Assembly: GCA_977020255.1 (NCBI GenBank)
Contig: CDROCS010000122.1
Location: 496,001 to 560,000, forward strand
DNA: 64,000 bases
DNA from: Obrimoposthia wandeli
Lineage: Eukaryota
Direction of reading: 5' to 3'
Numbering within the stretch: the stretch's first letter is position 1; each line of letters begins with the position of its first letter. Both the position numbers and the translations under genes were made by a program. Shown piece after piece: positions 1-10,299 of the stretch. Under the pieces are notes generated by a model. The model did not search any database, was not told the origin of the DNA, and saw nothing but the letters and a program-made list of their open reading frames with translations.

Positions 1-70
1 TTGATGTATTTATCCAGTATACTGCGTTGAAAATGTTCTGCGTATACTAAACAAATTAGTCTTCTAGTCT

Positions 71-100
71 AGATGGCGTTAGAATGTCGTGTTTTCAACC
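71..100 (-). promoter_or_regulatory. candidate sigma-32 promoter facing out of the window (towards the expected rlmE-ftsH)
   Basis: Minus strand GGTTGAAA-N14-CGCCATCT. In gammaproteobacteria yhbY is divergent from the heat-shock rlmE-ftsH operon (synteny inference). Confidence 0.55.
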
Positions 101-123
101 CTAATTCACAAAATAGAGTCATC

Positions 124-420
124 ATGAATCTAAGCACCAAACAGAAGCAACACCTTAAAGGCCTTGCTCATAATCTAAAACCTGTTGTTCTTATGGGCTC
201 AAACGGTTTAACTGAAGCAGTAATCGCTGAAATCGAAATTGCGCTTAATCACCATGAGCTAGTCAAAATCAAGGTTGCGACGGAAGACCGCGAAACCAAA
301 ATATTGGTTGTTGATGCAATCATTCGCGAAACGAAAGCGGAAAAAGTTCAAGTCATAGGTAAAACACTCGTTCTTTACCGCCAAACGGAAGAACGAAAAA
401 TCGAACTTCCTCGCAAATAA
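124..420 (+). CDS. yhbY: ribosome assembly RNA-binding protein YhbY (CRM domain)
   Basis: MNLSTKQKQHLKGLAHNLKPVV...HHELVKIK...QVIGKTLVLYR; ATG at 124 gives 98 aa. Confidence 0.95.
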   Translation: MNLSTKQKQHLKGLAHNLKPVVLMGSNGLTEAVIAEIEIALNHHELVKIKVATEDRETKILVVDAIIRETKAEKVQVIGKTLVLYRQTEERKIELPRK

Positions 421-446
421 AAAAGGCCGCCAATGCGGCCTTTTTT
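419..446. terminator. bidirectional intrinsic terminator yhbY/greA
   Basis: AAAAAGGCCGC-caat-GCGGCCTTTTTT. Confidence 0.85.
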
Positions 447-557
447 ACATCTACTCATTTTGAAATTGTAACATCTACGCTATAAATAGCCGTCCGAATG
501 TAACATTTACTAACAGTTAAATTTGATTACAGCCTTTCTTGCTCAAACCACTACCAA

Positions 558-1031
558 TTAAATGTATTGAACTTGCTCGATTTCAAATTCTTTAACGCCA
601 CCCGGTGTATGAATAGACACTTCATCACCTTCAAGCTTACCGATTAACCCACGAGCAATCGGCGAGTTAACGGAAATCAGGTTTTTCTTAATATCGGCTT
701 CATTATCACCAACGATACAATACGTCAATTCATCATCAGTATTAATATCAATAAGTTTAACAGTCGTACCGAAAATTACTTTGCCGGTATTTTCCATTTT
801 AGTGACATCAATAACCTGAGAGACAGAAAGCTTATATTCGATATCTCGAATCTGTGCTTCACAAATACCTTGTTCTTCACGCGCTGCGTGATACTCAGCA
901 TTCTCTTTTAAGTCACCCAATTCACGAGCCTCACCAATCGCCTTAGAAATAATAGGGCGACGCTTTAACAATACATCCAGTTCTTCACGTAGGGTTTGTT
1001 CACCACGCACAGTCATTGGAACCTTTTCCAT
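558..1031 (-). CDS. greA: transcription elongation factor GreA
   Basis: [26 protein letters not shown] motifs; start at 1031 gives 157 aa. Confidence 0.97.
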   Translation of the reverse strand: MEKVPMTVRGEQTLREELDVLLKRRPIISKAIGEARELGDLKENAEYHAAREEQGICEAQIRDIEYKLSVSQVIDVTKMENTGKVIFGTTVKLIDINTDDELTYCIVGDNEADIKKNLISVNSPIARGLIGKLEGDEVSIHTPGGVKEFEIEQVQYI

Positions 1032-1079
1032 AAATATTACTACCTCAGTACACCCCAAGACGCTCGTCACTCTTAGGGT

Positions 1080-1105
1080 AAAAAAAGCCAGACCAGCATT
1101 GGCTG
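1080..1105 (-). terminator. terminator in the greA 5' leader (attenuator-like)
   Basis: Minus strand AGCCA-atgctggtc-TGGCT followed by a T-run, about 50 nt upstream of the greA start; E. coli greA has an analogous leader terminator. Confidence 0.6.
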
Positions 1106-1229
1106 AACCAGCAGGGTTTAAAGGGTTACTGTCATTTTAAACAAAGATGGCAAAGAGATCACCTTCGAAAATCATTATTATTGAACTCTTACAAAAGTCA
1201 GCCTGTAACACAACCAAGCAGCATAAAGA

Positions 1230-1245
1230 TGTGTTAAACCTCACA
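1230..1245. promoter_or_regulatory. CRP-like site between greA and the porin gene
   Basis: TGTGT-taaacc-TCACA, one mismatch to TGTGA-N6-TCACA. Confidence 0.4.
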
Positions 1246-1516
1246 ATTTAATCAACAGTAGTGATTTAAACATCAGAAAAGATGTCAACAAAACTCTAAA
1301 TACAACTAAATCAACACGATAGCATCGAACTTTTTTACAATTAAATAAAGCACTGAAAAATAAGAAGATAATAACAAATATAACTTTAAAATTATCCTTA
1401 TGTAGTATTTTTCAGTTTTTTTTACTAACAAAAATCAAAATAGACAAGTAAAAAGAACACCATGCATTTGGGATTTAAATGTACATAAATAAAATAATTT
1501 TAAAAAGGATTCGGCA

Positions 1517-2524
1517 ATGAACAAGAAACTGATTGCTTTAGCAGTAGCAGCAGCATCTATCTCTTCTGTAGCAACAGCAGCAGAAGTTTACTCAGACGAA
1601 ACATCTAGCCTAGCAGTTGGCGGTCGTTTTGAAGCACGTGCAGTACTAGCTGATGTAGAAAAAGACAACAGCAACAAAACAAGCAGCGAAGTGTCTGATA
1701 ACAGCCGCGTACGTATTAACGTTGCTGGTAAAACAGACATCACTGACGATTTCTACGGTGTTGGTTTCTTTGAAAAAGAATTCAGCAGCGCTGACAGCGA
1801 CAACGACGAAACTCGTTACGCATACGCAGGTGTTGGCAGCCAATACGGTCAGCTAGTATACGGTAAAGCTGACGGTTCTCTAGGCATGATCACTGACTTT
1901 ACAGATATCATGGCATACCACGGTAACGAAGCGGGTAACAAACTTGCTGCTGCTGACCGTACAGACAACAACCTTAGCTACGTGGGTTCTTTCGACATCA
2001 ATGGCGACAACCTAACAGTTAAAGCGAACTACGTATTTGGCGGTAGCGAAGACACTGAAGGTTACTCTGCTGCAGCAATGTATGCTATGGACATGGGTCT
2101 AGGCTTTGGTGCTGGCTACGGCGAGCAAGACGGTCAAGATGGCCAAGACAAAACTGGTAAGCAAGCATTCGGTGCTATCTCTTACACAATCAGCGATTTC
2201 TACTTCTCTGGTCTTTACCAAGATGGACGTAACACTGTAGTTAACGGTAACCTAATCGATGATTCTACTGGTTACGAATTCGCAGCAGCTTACACATACG
2301 GTAAAGCAGTATTCATTACTACTTACAACTTCTTAGAAGATTCTAACGCGTCAGGCGATGCATCTGACCTTAAAGATTCTATCGCTATTGACGGTACTTA
2401 CTACTTCAACAAGAACTTCCGTACTTACGCATCTTACAAGTTCAACCTACTTGATGCTAATGGCTCAACTACTAAAGCACAAGCTTCAGATGAGTTCGTT
2501 CTTGGTGCACGTTACGACTTCTAA
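1517..2524 (+). CDS. ompL: major outer membrane porin, OmpU/OmpL family
   Basis: Signal peptide, beta-barrel pattern, C-terminal ARYDF; greA-porin-dacB synteny as for Vibrio ompU; resembles P. profundum OmpL as I recall it. Confidence 0.88.
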   Translation: MNKKLIALAVAAASISSVATAAEVYSDETSSLAVGGRFEARAVLADVEKDNSNKTSSEVSDNSRVRINVAGKTDITDDFYGVGFFEKEFSSADSDNDETRYAYAGVGSQYGQLVYGKADGSLGMITDFTDIMAYHGNEAGNKLAAADRTDNNLSYVGSFDINGDNLTVKANYVFGGSEDTEGYSAAAMYAMDMGLGFGAGYGEQDGQDGQDKTGKQAFGAISYTISDFYFSGLYQDGRNTVVNGNLIDDSTGYEFAAAYTYGKAVFITTYNFLEDSNASGDASDLKDSIAIDGTYYFNKNFRTYASYKFNLLDANGSTTKAQASDEFVLGARYDF

Positions 2525-2562
2525 TCCCACTTGGATTAGTTAAGCTTAACGCTGATACTTTT

Positions 2563-2594
2563 AAAAACGCAGATCGTAAGATCTGCGTTTTTTT
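2563..2594 (+). terminator. porin gene terminator
   Basis: AAAAACGCAGATC-gtaa-GATCTGCGTTTTTTT. Confidence 0.9.
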
Positions 2595-2599
2595 ATGTT

Positions 2600-2646
2600 T
2601 ATACCCAAGCTACCTCAATATGCTCATTTACTGTAACTTGGGGATA
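2600..2646. mobile_element. 47-bp collapsed copy of the ERIC-like MITE at 55443
   Basis: TATACCCAAGCTACCTCAATATGCTC matches the left end of the 55443 element at 25/26 nt; ends GTAACTTGGGGATA, resembling its right end GTAGCTTGGGTATA. Confidence 0.75.
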
Positions 2647-2692
2647 TCTACTATATGATTAGCACTATTATTTCAGATAATTGTGCATACTC

Positions 2693-4096
2693 ATGTTTAA
2701 AAAAATCTTATCACTGTCACTGCTTGTTATGAGTCTGCCTTCACTGGCTGCGTTCAATCCCCAAGCTGCCATCAATAAACTGCCTAACGGACACGATTTA
2801 GCGTTAATGATCGCTGATCCTGCAACCAATAAGGTACTTTATTCCCAGCGTACAGAACAATTACAAGCCCCAGCCAGTACACAAAAAATGATCACCGCAC
2901 TTGCGGCTAAACTCTATCTTGATGACAACTACCGTTTTAATACTGATCTGGAGGCGAATGCGAATGATGTGATTATTCGCTTTAATGGCGACCCAACACT
3001 ATCCCGTACTGAGCTAACATCACTGCTAAGAACACTCAAAAAGAATGGCCTTTCAACGATCAAAGGTAACTTATACCTAAATGGTAATGCTTTCTCTGGC
3101 TATGAGCGCGCAGCTGGCTGGCCATGGGATATTCTAGGCGTTTGCTATAGTGCGCCATCAAGCAGCATTACACTTGAACACAACTGTGTACAGGGCGCTT
3201 TATACAGTAATAAAGCTATCGGTCAGCAAACACGTATTAATATTCCCAGTCACCAGCCGATTAAAGCGACAACCAATGCGCTTATCGTGACAAAAGAGCA
3301 GCAAAAACAACAACACTGCGAATTAGAATTAGTTGCAGATTCTAGTAACAATTATCAACTTAGTGGGTGTTTACCACAAAGCCAGAAGCCACTGCCGTTA
3401 AACTTTGCCGTGCAAAATACCGAAGCTTATACCGCAGCAGTGATTCAGCAGGAATTAAAACGTTCGGGGATCCAGCTAAAAGGCACAATTCTTCGTAATG
3501 ACAATATAAAAGGTAAACGCATTGCACGCCATCAATCGGCACCGCTGTCGGAACTGATCGATATTATGCTGAAGAAATCAGACAACTTAATCGCTGATAA
3601 CTTAACCAAAACATTAGGGCGTGAATACTTTAAACAAGCAGGCACATTCAACAATGGCGTGGCAGCAATCAAAGCCATTTTACAGGAACAAGCCAATATC
3701 GACTTAACCGATACTGTTATGGTCGATGGTTCAGGCTTATCACGTAATAACCGCATAAAAGCAAGCTCACTGATGCAAGTGATCACTTACCTCTATAACA
3801 ACCCTTCATTGGGTTTACTGAAAAATATGCCAGTATCAGGAGAAAGTGGCACGTTACTTTACCGACAAAGTCTTCGCCAAGCGCCACTGAAGGGCAATAT
3901 AGTTGCAAAAAGTGGGTCTTTATATGGCAGTTACAATCTCGCAGGCATGATTAATACTCAATCAGGTAAAACATTGTTGTTTGTCCAATTGGTAAATAAC
4001 TATTTTCCACCCGATAAAACGAATGATAAGCCCACGACTCCCCCTATCACTGAATTTGAAAAAGCCTTATACCTCGGTATTTATAACGAATATTAA
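2693..4096 (+). CDS. dacB: D-alanyl-D-alanine carboxypeptidase/endopeptidase PBP4
   Basis: PASTQK (SxxK), KSDN (SxN), AKSGSL (KTG-like) motifs; DGSGLSR; start could be TTG at 2681. Confidence 0.93.
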   Translation: MFKKILSLSLLVMSLPSLAAFNPQAAINKLPNGHDLALMIADPATNKVLYSQRTEQLQAPASTQKMITALAAKLYLDDNYRFNTDLEANANDVIIRFNGDPTLSRTELTSLLRTLKKNGLSTIKGNLYLNGNAFSGYERAAGWPWDILGVCYSAPSSSITLEHNCVQGALYSNKAIGQQTRINIPSHQPIKATTNALIVTKEQQKQQHCELELVADSSNNYQLSGCLPQSQKPLPLNFAVQNTEAYTAAVIQQELKRSGIQLKGTILRNDNIKGKRIARHQSAPLSELIDIMLKKSDNLIADNLTKTLGREYFKQAGTFNNGVAAIKAILQEQANIDLTDTVMVDGSGLSRNNRIKASSLMQVITYLYNNPSLGLLKNMPVSGESGTLLYRQSLRQAPLKGNIVAKSGSLYGSYNLAGMINTQSGKTLLFVQLVNNYFPPDKTNDKPTTPPITEFEKALYLGIYNEY

Positions 4097-4143
4097 GCAA
4101 CCCGAGATAACCTATCGCTTCAGTAACCTACGACTAAAACAAC

Positions 4144-4176
4144 AAAGCCCTAACGTATCGAATACGTTAGGGCTTT
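4144..4176. terminator. bidirectional terminator dacB/mgtE
   Basis: AAAGCCCTAACGTAT-cga-ATACGTTAGGGCTTT perfect inverted repeat. Confidence 0.85.
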
Positions 4177-4198
4177 CGTTATGATTTATAGCTTAAGA

Positions 4199-5047
4199 CT
4201 ACGATAATCCAAGCATCCAATTGACGGTGGTAAAATAAATCATCATACCGGTGATATCGACCACAGAGGCCAATACAGGGCTAACCAATACCGCCGGATC
4301 TAACCGGCATGCCCGTGCCACCATTGGCAGCACACCACCGACACTCGTTGATAATACAACCTGAAGTGATATAGCCATGCCAATTGCCATTGCTATATCT
4401 TCTAGGTTCATACCTGCTGGCAGCGAGGTGCTATCGCTGAACATCATCACACGCCCCATAATCACCGCGGCTAATACGCTAGCCATGATGATTGATACGC
4501 GAAATTCTTTCCACAATACGAGTAGCCAGTCTTTACACCGTATCTCTTCCATCGCGAGCGCCCTTACCACCAAGGTTGCTGCTTGCGATCCGGTATTACC
4601 ACCAGCAGCCGCAATAACGGGCATATAGATGGCGAGTAATACTAATTGGCTTAATGTATCTTCGTAATGAGAGATGATTAAACCGGAAACAATACCAAGT
4701 AAAGCTAACCCTACAATCCAACCAATACGCTCACGTACATGGCTCATTACACTGTTTTTCAGATAATGACCTGCGGGCTCTGCTTCAGAGCACAGTAAAC
4801 CAAGCCCACTCGCTAAGTGACGCATACGTACTTCTTCACCCAGCTCATCCAATCGATCAAGCAGGTTTTGGACATGACGTAGCGGGCACTCATGGAGCAC
4901 AGCAATAGCTTCTGTTATTGGCATCACAACCAATAATTTTGCTTGCTCATCAAAGGTATATTTTAAAAATGCATTTCGTGCAGCCAGAATATCATTCTGA
5001 CCATAGTTTTCCGTTACAGCATCTGCTGCATAGTTCATTACCGCCAT
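4199..5047 (-). CDS. mgtE: short MgtE-family magnesium transporter (membrane domain, no CBS pair)
   Basis: YMPVIAAAGGNTGSQAATLVVRAL and DPAVLVSPVLASVVDITG motifs; GGAG SD before ATG at 5047; only about 85 aa of N-terminal cytosolic sequence. Confidence 0.88.
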   Translation of the reverse strand: MAVMNYAADAVTENYGQNDILAARNAFLKYTFDEQAKLLVVMPITEAIAVLHECPLRHVQNLLDRLDELGEEVRMRHLASGLGLLCSEAEPAGHYLKNSVMSHVRERIGWIVGLALLGIVSGLIISHYEDTLSQLVLLAIYMPVIAAAGGNTGSQAATLVVRALAMEEIRCKDWLLVLWKEFRVSIIMASVLAAVIMGRVMMFSDSTSLPAGMNLEDIAMAIGMAISLQVVLSTSVGGVLPMVARACRLDPAVLVSPVLASVVDITGMMIYFTTVNWMLGLS

Positions 5048-5325
5048 GGCGAATCTCCCGATTGGCATAGTTACAGTAACGACCATCAAAATTTTGCCAC
5101 GATACAAGGTAAACGTGCTTTTTACTCTTTGCTGTAACACTAAATAATAGCGCTACAAACAACAGCAAAATGCCTGTCATTTACTACTTATTGACATAAT
5201 TCAACATTGAGAACTAAGGAAGAAAATCGAGGAAGTATTGTCAGATTGGGTATAAAGCAAATATACAAATAAGGACAAGCTATTCCGAACCCTGGCAGGA
5301 TCGGAAACATAGGAGACCGATACCA

Positions 5326-5379
5326 TTAAAGGGTTTGATTTTCCACCTTCATACTCGGAGGATGGTCGGTATCGTTCAT
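5326..5379 (-). CDS. putative Pro-Pro leader peptide of mgtE, MNDTDHPPSMKVENQTL (17 aa)
   Basis: GGAG SD 6 nt before ATG, CCT-CCG codons, TAA stop; lies downstream of a candidate promoter in the mgtE leader; too short for the ORF track. Confidence 0.65.
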   Translation of the reverse strand: MNDTDHPPSMKVENQTL

Positions 5380-5419
5380 TGAAATCTCCAAAAATTTGCC
5401 GCTTGTTGCGACGTCGGTA

Positions 5420-5447
5420 ATTGTACGCAATTCAATTCTGAGTTCAA
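5420..5447 (-). promoter_or_regulatory. candidate sigma-70 promoter for leader peptide + mgtE
   Basis: TTGAAC-N16-TACAAT. Confidence 0.5.
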
Positions 5448-5519
5448 GATCTATATGAGTTAAAAGTGATACAAATTGTGATGGTTACCACGTCTACCTG
5501 CCTAATTCGTGAATATAAA

Positions 5520-5542
5520 AAACCCACCAAAAGGTGGGTTTC
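5520..5542 (-). terminator. carB terminator
   Basis: AAACCCACC-tttt-GGTGGGTTTTT on minus strand. Confidence 0.75.
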
Positions 5543-5576
5543 TAAAATATAAGCAATATACCGTTAAGATTGCATC

Positions 5577-8500
5577 TTAATAGTGATGATTATCCTTAAT
5601 ACGAGCGTGAAGCTCTTGCAAAGATGTAACATGGCCACGGTCATCGGCAGTGTGAGCCATACACGTTGCAAATGCAGCATTTAGCGTAGTGGTGTAATTT
5701 ACCTTTTCAGCCAATGCGCTACGACGAAGTACTTTAGAGTCTTCAATCGCTTGGCGACCTTCTGCCGTATTCACAATGTAGGAGTATTCATTATTCTTGA
5801 TGCGGTCAAGAATATGAGGACGCCCTTCGTGTACCTTGTTCACTAGACGTGGGTTAATCCCCGCTTCACCTAGAATCACAGCGGTACCGTGTGTGGCATC
5901 TAGCTGGTAACCAAGCTTCACAAGCTTAGAGGCTAAATCGACAACACGTTGCTTGTCATTATTACGTACTGATAATAGTGCGCGACCACCATCTTCATAC
6001 TCTTTACCACAACCAAGCTCTGCTTTAGCAAATGCTTCTGCAAATGTGTCACCAAAGCCCATCACCTCACCTGTTGAGCGCATTTCAGGGCCTAACAGTG
6101 GGTCAACACCTGGGAATTTGTTAAATGGCAGAACCACTTCTTTCACAGAGTAGTAAGGAGGGATAATCTCTTTAGTGAAGCCTTGAGATTCAAGAGATTG
6201 ACCAGCCATTACACGTGCTGCAATTTTCGCTAGCGGTGCACCTGTTGCTTTCGAAACAAATGGGACAGTACGCGCAGCACGAGGGTTAACTTCAATTAAG
6301 TAAACTTCGTTATCTTTCACTGCGAACTGGGTGTTCATCAAACCACGAACACCTAGCTCAAATGCTAGCTTTTTCACTTGCTCACGCATCACATCTTGGA
6401 TTTCTTTGCTTAGCGTGTAAGCAGGCAATGAACATGCTGAATCACCCGAGTGAACACCCGCTTGTTCAATGTGTTCCATGATGCCGCCGATAACAACCTG
6501 TTCACCATCACAAATGGCATCAACATCGACTTCAACTGCATCATCAAGGAAACGGTCAAGCAATACCGGTGATTCGTTAGAAACACTTACCGCTTCATTA
6601 AAGTAACGGCGAAGGTCTTGCTCGTCATAGACGATTTCCATCGCACGACCACCCAATACATACGATGGACGCACAACTAATGGGAAACCAATAATACGTG
6701 ATTTCTCAATCGCCAATTCCATTGTTGTAACAGTGGCATTCTCTGGCTGTAATAGACCTAAACGGTCAACCGCTTGCTGGAAGCGTTCACGGTCTTCTGC
6801 ACGGTCGATAGCATCAGGGCTAGTACCTATAATCGGCACACCAGCGGCTTCAAGTTCACGAGCCAGTTTAAGTGGTGTTTGACCACCGTATTGAACAATA
6901 ACGCCTTTTGGCTTTTCAACACGCACAATAGCCAGCACATCTTCTAGTGTTACTGGTTCAAAGTACAATCGATCTGATGTGTCGAAATCTGTTGAAACCG
7001 TTTCAGGGTTACAGTTAACCATGATTGTTTCATAACCATCTTCACGTAATGCTAATGATGCATGTACACAACAGTAATCAAATTCAATACCTTGACCGAT
7101 ACGGTTAGGACCACCGCCCAGAATCATGATCTTATCATTATCTGTTGGCTGTGCTTCACACTCTTCATCATATGTAGAGTACATGTAAGCCGTATCAGAA
7201 GAGAATTCAGCCGCACAAGTATCAACGCGCTTATAAACGGGATGAATGTCATGCTGGTAACGTAATTTACGAATTTCACTCTGTGCAACACCGAGCAATT
7301 TCGCTAAACGTTCATCAGAGAAACCTTTACGCTTTAGCTTACGTAGTTCAACGGCATTTAGACCCGCAAAACCGTTATCTTTAACTTTTTGCTCATCTTT
7401 AACGATGTCTTCTATTTGCACCAAGAACCAACGGTCAACATTCGTTAAGTTGTGTACACCATCAACCGACATACCTGAACGGAATGCATCGGCAATGTAC
7501 CAAATACGCTCTGCGCCTGGCTCTTTCAGTTCATGACGAATCTTGCTCATGGCATTAGGTTCGTCTAGATCAACCATTTCATCAAAGCCTGTTGCGCCAA
7601 CTTCTAAGCCACGCAATGCTTTCTGTAATGATTCCTGCTGATTACGACCAATCGCCATCACTTCACCCACAGATTTCATCTGTGTTGTTAGACGATCATT
7701 AGCACCAGCAAACTTTTCAAAGTTAAAGCGAGGGATCTTCGTTACAACATAATCGATAGTCGGTTCAAATGATGCTGGTGTCGCACCACCCGTGATGTCG
7801 TTCATTAATTCATCAAGGGTGTAACCAATCGCCAGTTTCGCTGCAATTTTTGCAATTGGGAAACCTGTCGCTTTAGAAGCAAGCGCAGATGAGCGCGATA
7901 CGCGTGGGTTCATTTCGATGATAACCATACGGCCATCTTTCGGGTTGATACCAAACTGGACGTTTGAACCGCCCGTTTCAACACCGATTTCACGCAATAC
8001 TGCTAGCGATGCATTACGCATCAACTGATATTCTTTATCTGTTAGTGTTTGTGCTGGTGCAACCGTGATTGAGTCACCGGTGTGAACACCCATCGCATCA
8101 AAGTTTTCAATCGCACATACGATGATACAGTTGTCGTTTTTGTCACGAACAACTTCCATCTCGTATTCTTTCCAACCAATTAACGATTCATCGATAAGCA
8201 ATTCGTTAGTCGGTGAAAGATCTAAACCACGAGAACAGATTTCTTCAAATTCTTCTTTGTTATAAGCGATACCACCGCCCGTACCACCCATCGTAAACGA
8301 TGGACGAATGATACAAGGGAAACCCACCATATCGAGAACTTTGTAAGCTTCTTCCATGGTTTTCGCTGTATCGGCATTAGGACATTCTAAACCTATAGAT
8401 TTCATTGCCTTGTCGAAACGTGAACGGTTTTCAGCTTTATCAATTGCATCAGCTGTTGCACCAATCATTTCAACATTGAATTCTTTTAGTACACCGCGCG

Positions 8501-8810
8501 TTTCAAGTTCTAGTGCACAGTTAAGTGCAGTCTGGCCACCCATTGTTGGCAATAAAGCATCAGGGCGTTCTTTCGCGATAATGTTACGTACAACTTCCCA
8601 GTGAATTGGCTCGATGTATGTTGCATCGGCCATGTCTGGGTCAGTCATAATAGTGGCAGGGTTCGAGTTAACCAGAATAACTCGGTAACCTTCTTCACGC
8701 AGCGCTTTACAAGCTTGTGCACCTGAATAGTCAAACTCACATGCCTGACCGATAACAATCGGACCAGCACCTATAATCAGAACACTTTTTATGTCAGTAC
8801 GTTTTGGCAT
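5577..8810 (-). CDS. carB: carbamoyl-phosphate synthase large subunit
   Basis: [30 protein letters not shown]; two ATP-grasp domains plus MGS domain; 1077 aa. Confidence 0.99.
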   Translation of the reverse strand: MPKRTDIKSVLIIGAGPIVIGQACEFDYSGAQACKALREEGYRVILVNSNPATIMTDPDMADATYIEPIHWEVVRNIIAKERPDALLPTMGGQTALNCALELETRGVLKEFNVEMIGATADAIDKAENRSRFDKAMKSIGLECPNADTAKTMEEAYKVLDMVGFPCIIRPSFTMGGTGGGIAYNKEEFEEICSRGLDLSPTNELLIDESLIGWKEYEMEVVRDKNDNCIIVCAIENFDAMGVHTGDSITVAPAQTLTDKEYQLMRNASLAVLREIGVETGGSNVQFGINPKDGRMVIIEMNPRVSRSSALASKATGFPIAKIAAKLAIGYTLDELMNDITGGATPASFEPTIDYVVTKIPRFNFEKFAGANDRLTTQMKSVGEVMAIGRNQQESLQKALRGLEVGATGFDEMVDLDEPNAMSKIRHELKEPGAERIWYIADAFRSGMSVDGVHNLTNVDRWFLVQIEDIVKDEQKVKDNGFAGLNAVELRKLKRKGFSDERLAKLLGVAQSEIRKLRYQHDIHPVYKRVDTCAAEFSSDTAYMYSTYDEECEAQPTDNDKIMILGGGPNRIGQGIEFDYCCVHASLALREDGYETIMVNCNPETVSTDFDTSDRLYFEPVTLEDVLAIVRVEKPKGVIVQYGGQTPLKLARELEAAGVPIIGTSPDAIDRAEDRERFQQAVDRLGLLQPENATVTTMELAIEKSRIIGFPLVVRPSYVLGGRAMEIVYDEQDLRRYFNEAVSVSNESPVLLDRFLDDAVEVDVDAICDGEQVVIGGIMEHIEQAGVHSGDSACSLPAYTLSKEIQDVMREQVKKLAFELGVRGLMNTQFAVKDNEVYLIEVNPRAARTVPFVSKATGAPLAKIAARVMAGQSLESQGFTKEIIPPYYSVKEVVLPFNKFPGVDPLLGPEMRSTGEVMGFGDTFAEAFAKAELGCGKEYEDGGRALLSVRNNDKQRVVDLASKLVKLGYQLDATHGTAVILGEAGINPRLVNKVHEGRPHILDRIKNNEYSYIVNTAEGRQAIEDSKVLRRSALAEKVNYTTTLNAAFATCMAHTADDRGHVTSLQELHARIKDNHHY

Positions 8811-8826
8811 TTCTTACTACTCCGGC

Positions 8827-9981
8827 TTAGGCGCTGCATGCTTCATTAACAGAAAGCTTAATTAACTCGATGAAGTGGTCAAACAATGGTGCTGCATCTG
8901 TTGGGCCAGGGCTCGCTTCAGGGTGTCCCTGAAAGCTGAATGCAGGCTTATCTGTTCGGTGGATTCCTTGAAGAGAACCATCGAACAGGGATTTGTGCGT
9001 TGCACGTAATGTATCTGGCAATGTTGCTTCGTCAGCAGCAAAACCGTGGTTCTGGCTAGTAATCATTACAACATCACGGTCGATATCTTTTACCGGGTGG
9101 TTAGCACCGTGGTGACCAAACTTCATTTTTACTGTATTTGCACCACTTGCCAGAGCAAGGATTTGATGACCAAGGCAGATACCAAAAATCGGTAAACCTA
9201 CATCAAGGAATGTTTTCGTAGCTTCAATCGCATACGTACATGGTTCAGGGTCACCAGGGCCATTCGACAAGAATATACCATCTGGATTCATCGCCAGTAC
9301 GTCTTCTGCCGACGTTTGAGCTGGCACAACCGTTAAGCGACAACCACGGTCAACTAACATTCGTAAGATATTCCGCTTAGCACCGAAATCATAAGCAACA
9401 ACATGGTATGGCAGTTCACTGTCATCTTTTGCTTCAGGTAAACCATCTAGCAATGTCCATGAACCTTGCTTCCACTGGTATGTTTCAGCAGTTGTTACCA
9501 CTTTCGCAAGATCCATCCCTTTCAGACCTGGGAATTCTTTTGCTTTTTCTAATGCCAATGCTTCATCAAGGTTATCTCCCGCCATAATGCAGCCATTCTG
9601 AGTACCTTTCTCACGAAGAATACGTGTTAGCTTTCGCGTATCGATCTCGGCAATACCAACAATGTTTTGTGATTTAAGGTAGTCAGAAAGGGAACGTTCA
9701 TTACGGAAGTTTGAAGCGAGGAGAGGTAGGTCACGAATGACCAAGCCTTGCGCATGGATTGAATTAGATTCTTCGTCTTCGGAATTAGTTCCGGTGTTGC
9801 CAATATGGGGATAGGTAAGCGTTACAATCTGTTGGGAATAAGAAGGGTCAGTGAGAATTTCCTGATACCCCGTCATCGAGGTGTTAAAAACAACTTCACC
9901 AACGGCCGAACCATCTGCCCCAATGGATATACCACGGAACACAGTCCCATCTTCAAGGACTAACAGTGCAGATTTGCTCAA
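8827..9981 (-). CDS. carA: carbamoyl-phosphate synthase small subunit
   Basis: [26 protein letters not shown]; TTG start at 9981 after GGAGG. Confidence 0.98.
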   Translation of the reverse strand: MSKSALLVLEDGTVFRGISIGADGSAVGEVVFNTSMTGYQEILTDPSYSQQIVTLTYPHIGNTGTNSEDEESNSIHAQGLVIRDLPLLASNFRNERSLSDYLKSQNIVGIAEIDTRKLTRILREKGTQNGCIMAGDNLDEALALEKAKEFPGLKGMDLAKVVTTAETYQWKQGSWTLLDGLPEAKDDSELPYHVVAYDFGAKRNILRMLVDRGCRLTVVPAQTSAEDVLAMNPDGIFLSNGPGDPEPCTYAIEATKTFLDVGLPIFGICLGHQILALASGANTVKMKFGHHGANHPVKDIDRDVVMITSQNHGFAADEATLPDTLRATHKSLFDGSLQGIHRTDKPAFSFQGHPEASPGPTDAAPLFDHFIELIKLSVNEACSA

Positions 9982-10090
9982 GACAACCTCCAAAAAAAAT
10001 AAAAATGCAATTAAAACAGATAAACTTGCAACTACCCATTCCATACAAAGTCGAAACCCAAGTCAAACTGAATTTTGACAAATTCCGCGC

Positions 10091-10119
10091 ATTCTATGGA
10101 TCGCTGCTCAAACTGTCAA
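10091..10119 (-). promoter_or_regulatory. sigma-70 promoter of carAB
   Basis: TTGACA-N17-TAGAAT on minus strand. Confidence 0.8.
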
Positions 10120-10172
10120 GAATCAATCTAAAATAAGTATGAAATACATCGTTCTTAGAGAGAAAATGCATC

Positions 10173-10299
10173 CAAACGATAGAAACAGTAAGATTTAAGG
10201 TAAAATACAGGGCTAATTTTATGAGCAAGTCACACTTTATCGTTTGCGCAACCAAAGAAGAATCACGAAACAATTAATACGCGAAGCAAACGATCAGCT
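10173..10299. promoter_or_regulatory. three CAAACGAT PurR-like half-sites upstream of carA
   Basis: CAAACGAT at 10173 (+), 10239 (-) and 10287 (+); E. coli carAB is PurR-regulated. Confidence 0.35.

Noticed and set aside
1250-1516. ToxR operators upstream of the porin
   Set aside because: ToxR control is plausible from P. profundum ompL and V. cholerae ompU, but I could not identify a convincing TNAAA-N5-TNAAA in this very A-rich DNA
5247-5255. Third MITE end (TTGGGTATA) in the mgtE leader
   Set aside because: Only a 9-nt match with no partner repeat; likely chance
5050-5450. M-box (ykoK) riboswitch upstream of mgtE
   Set aside because: I could not recognise M-box core motifs; a uORF-based leader explains the region better. 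A cmsearch would settle it
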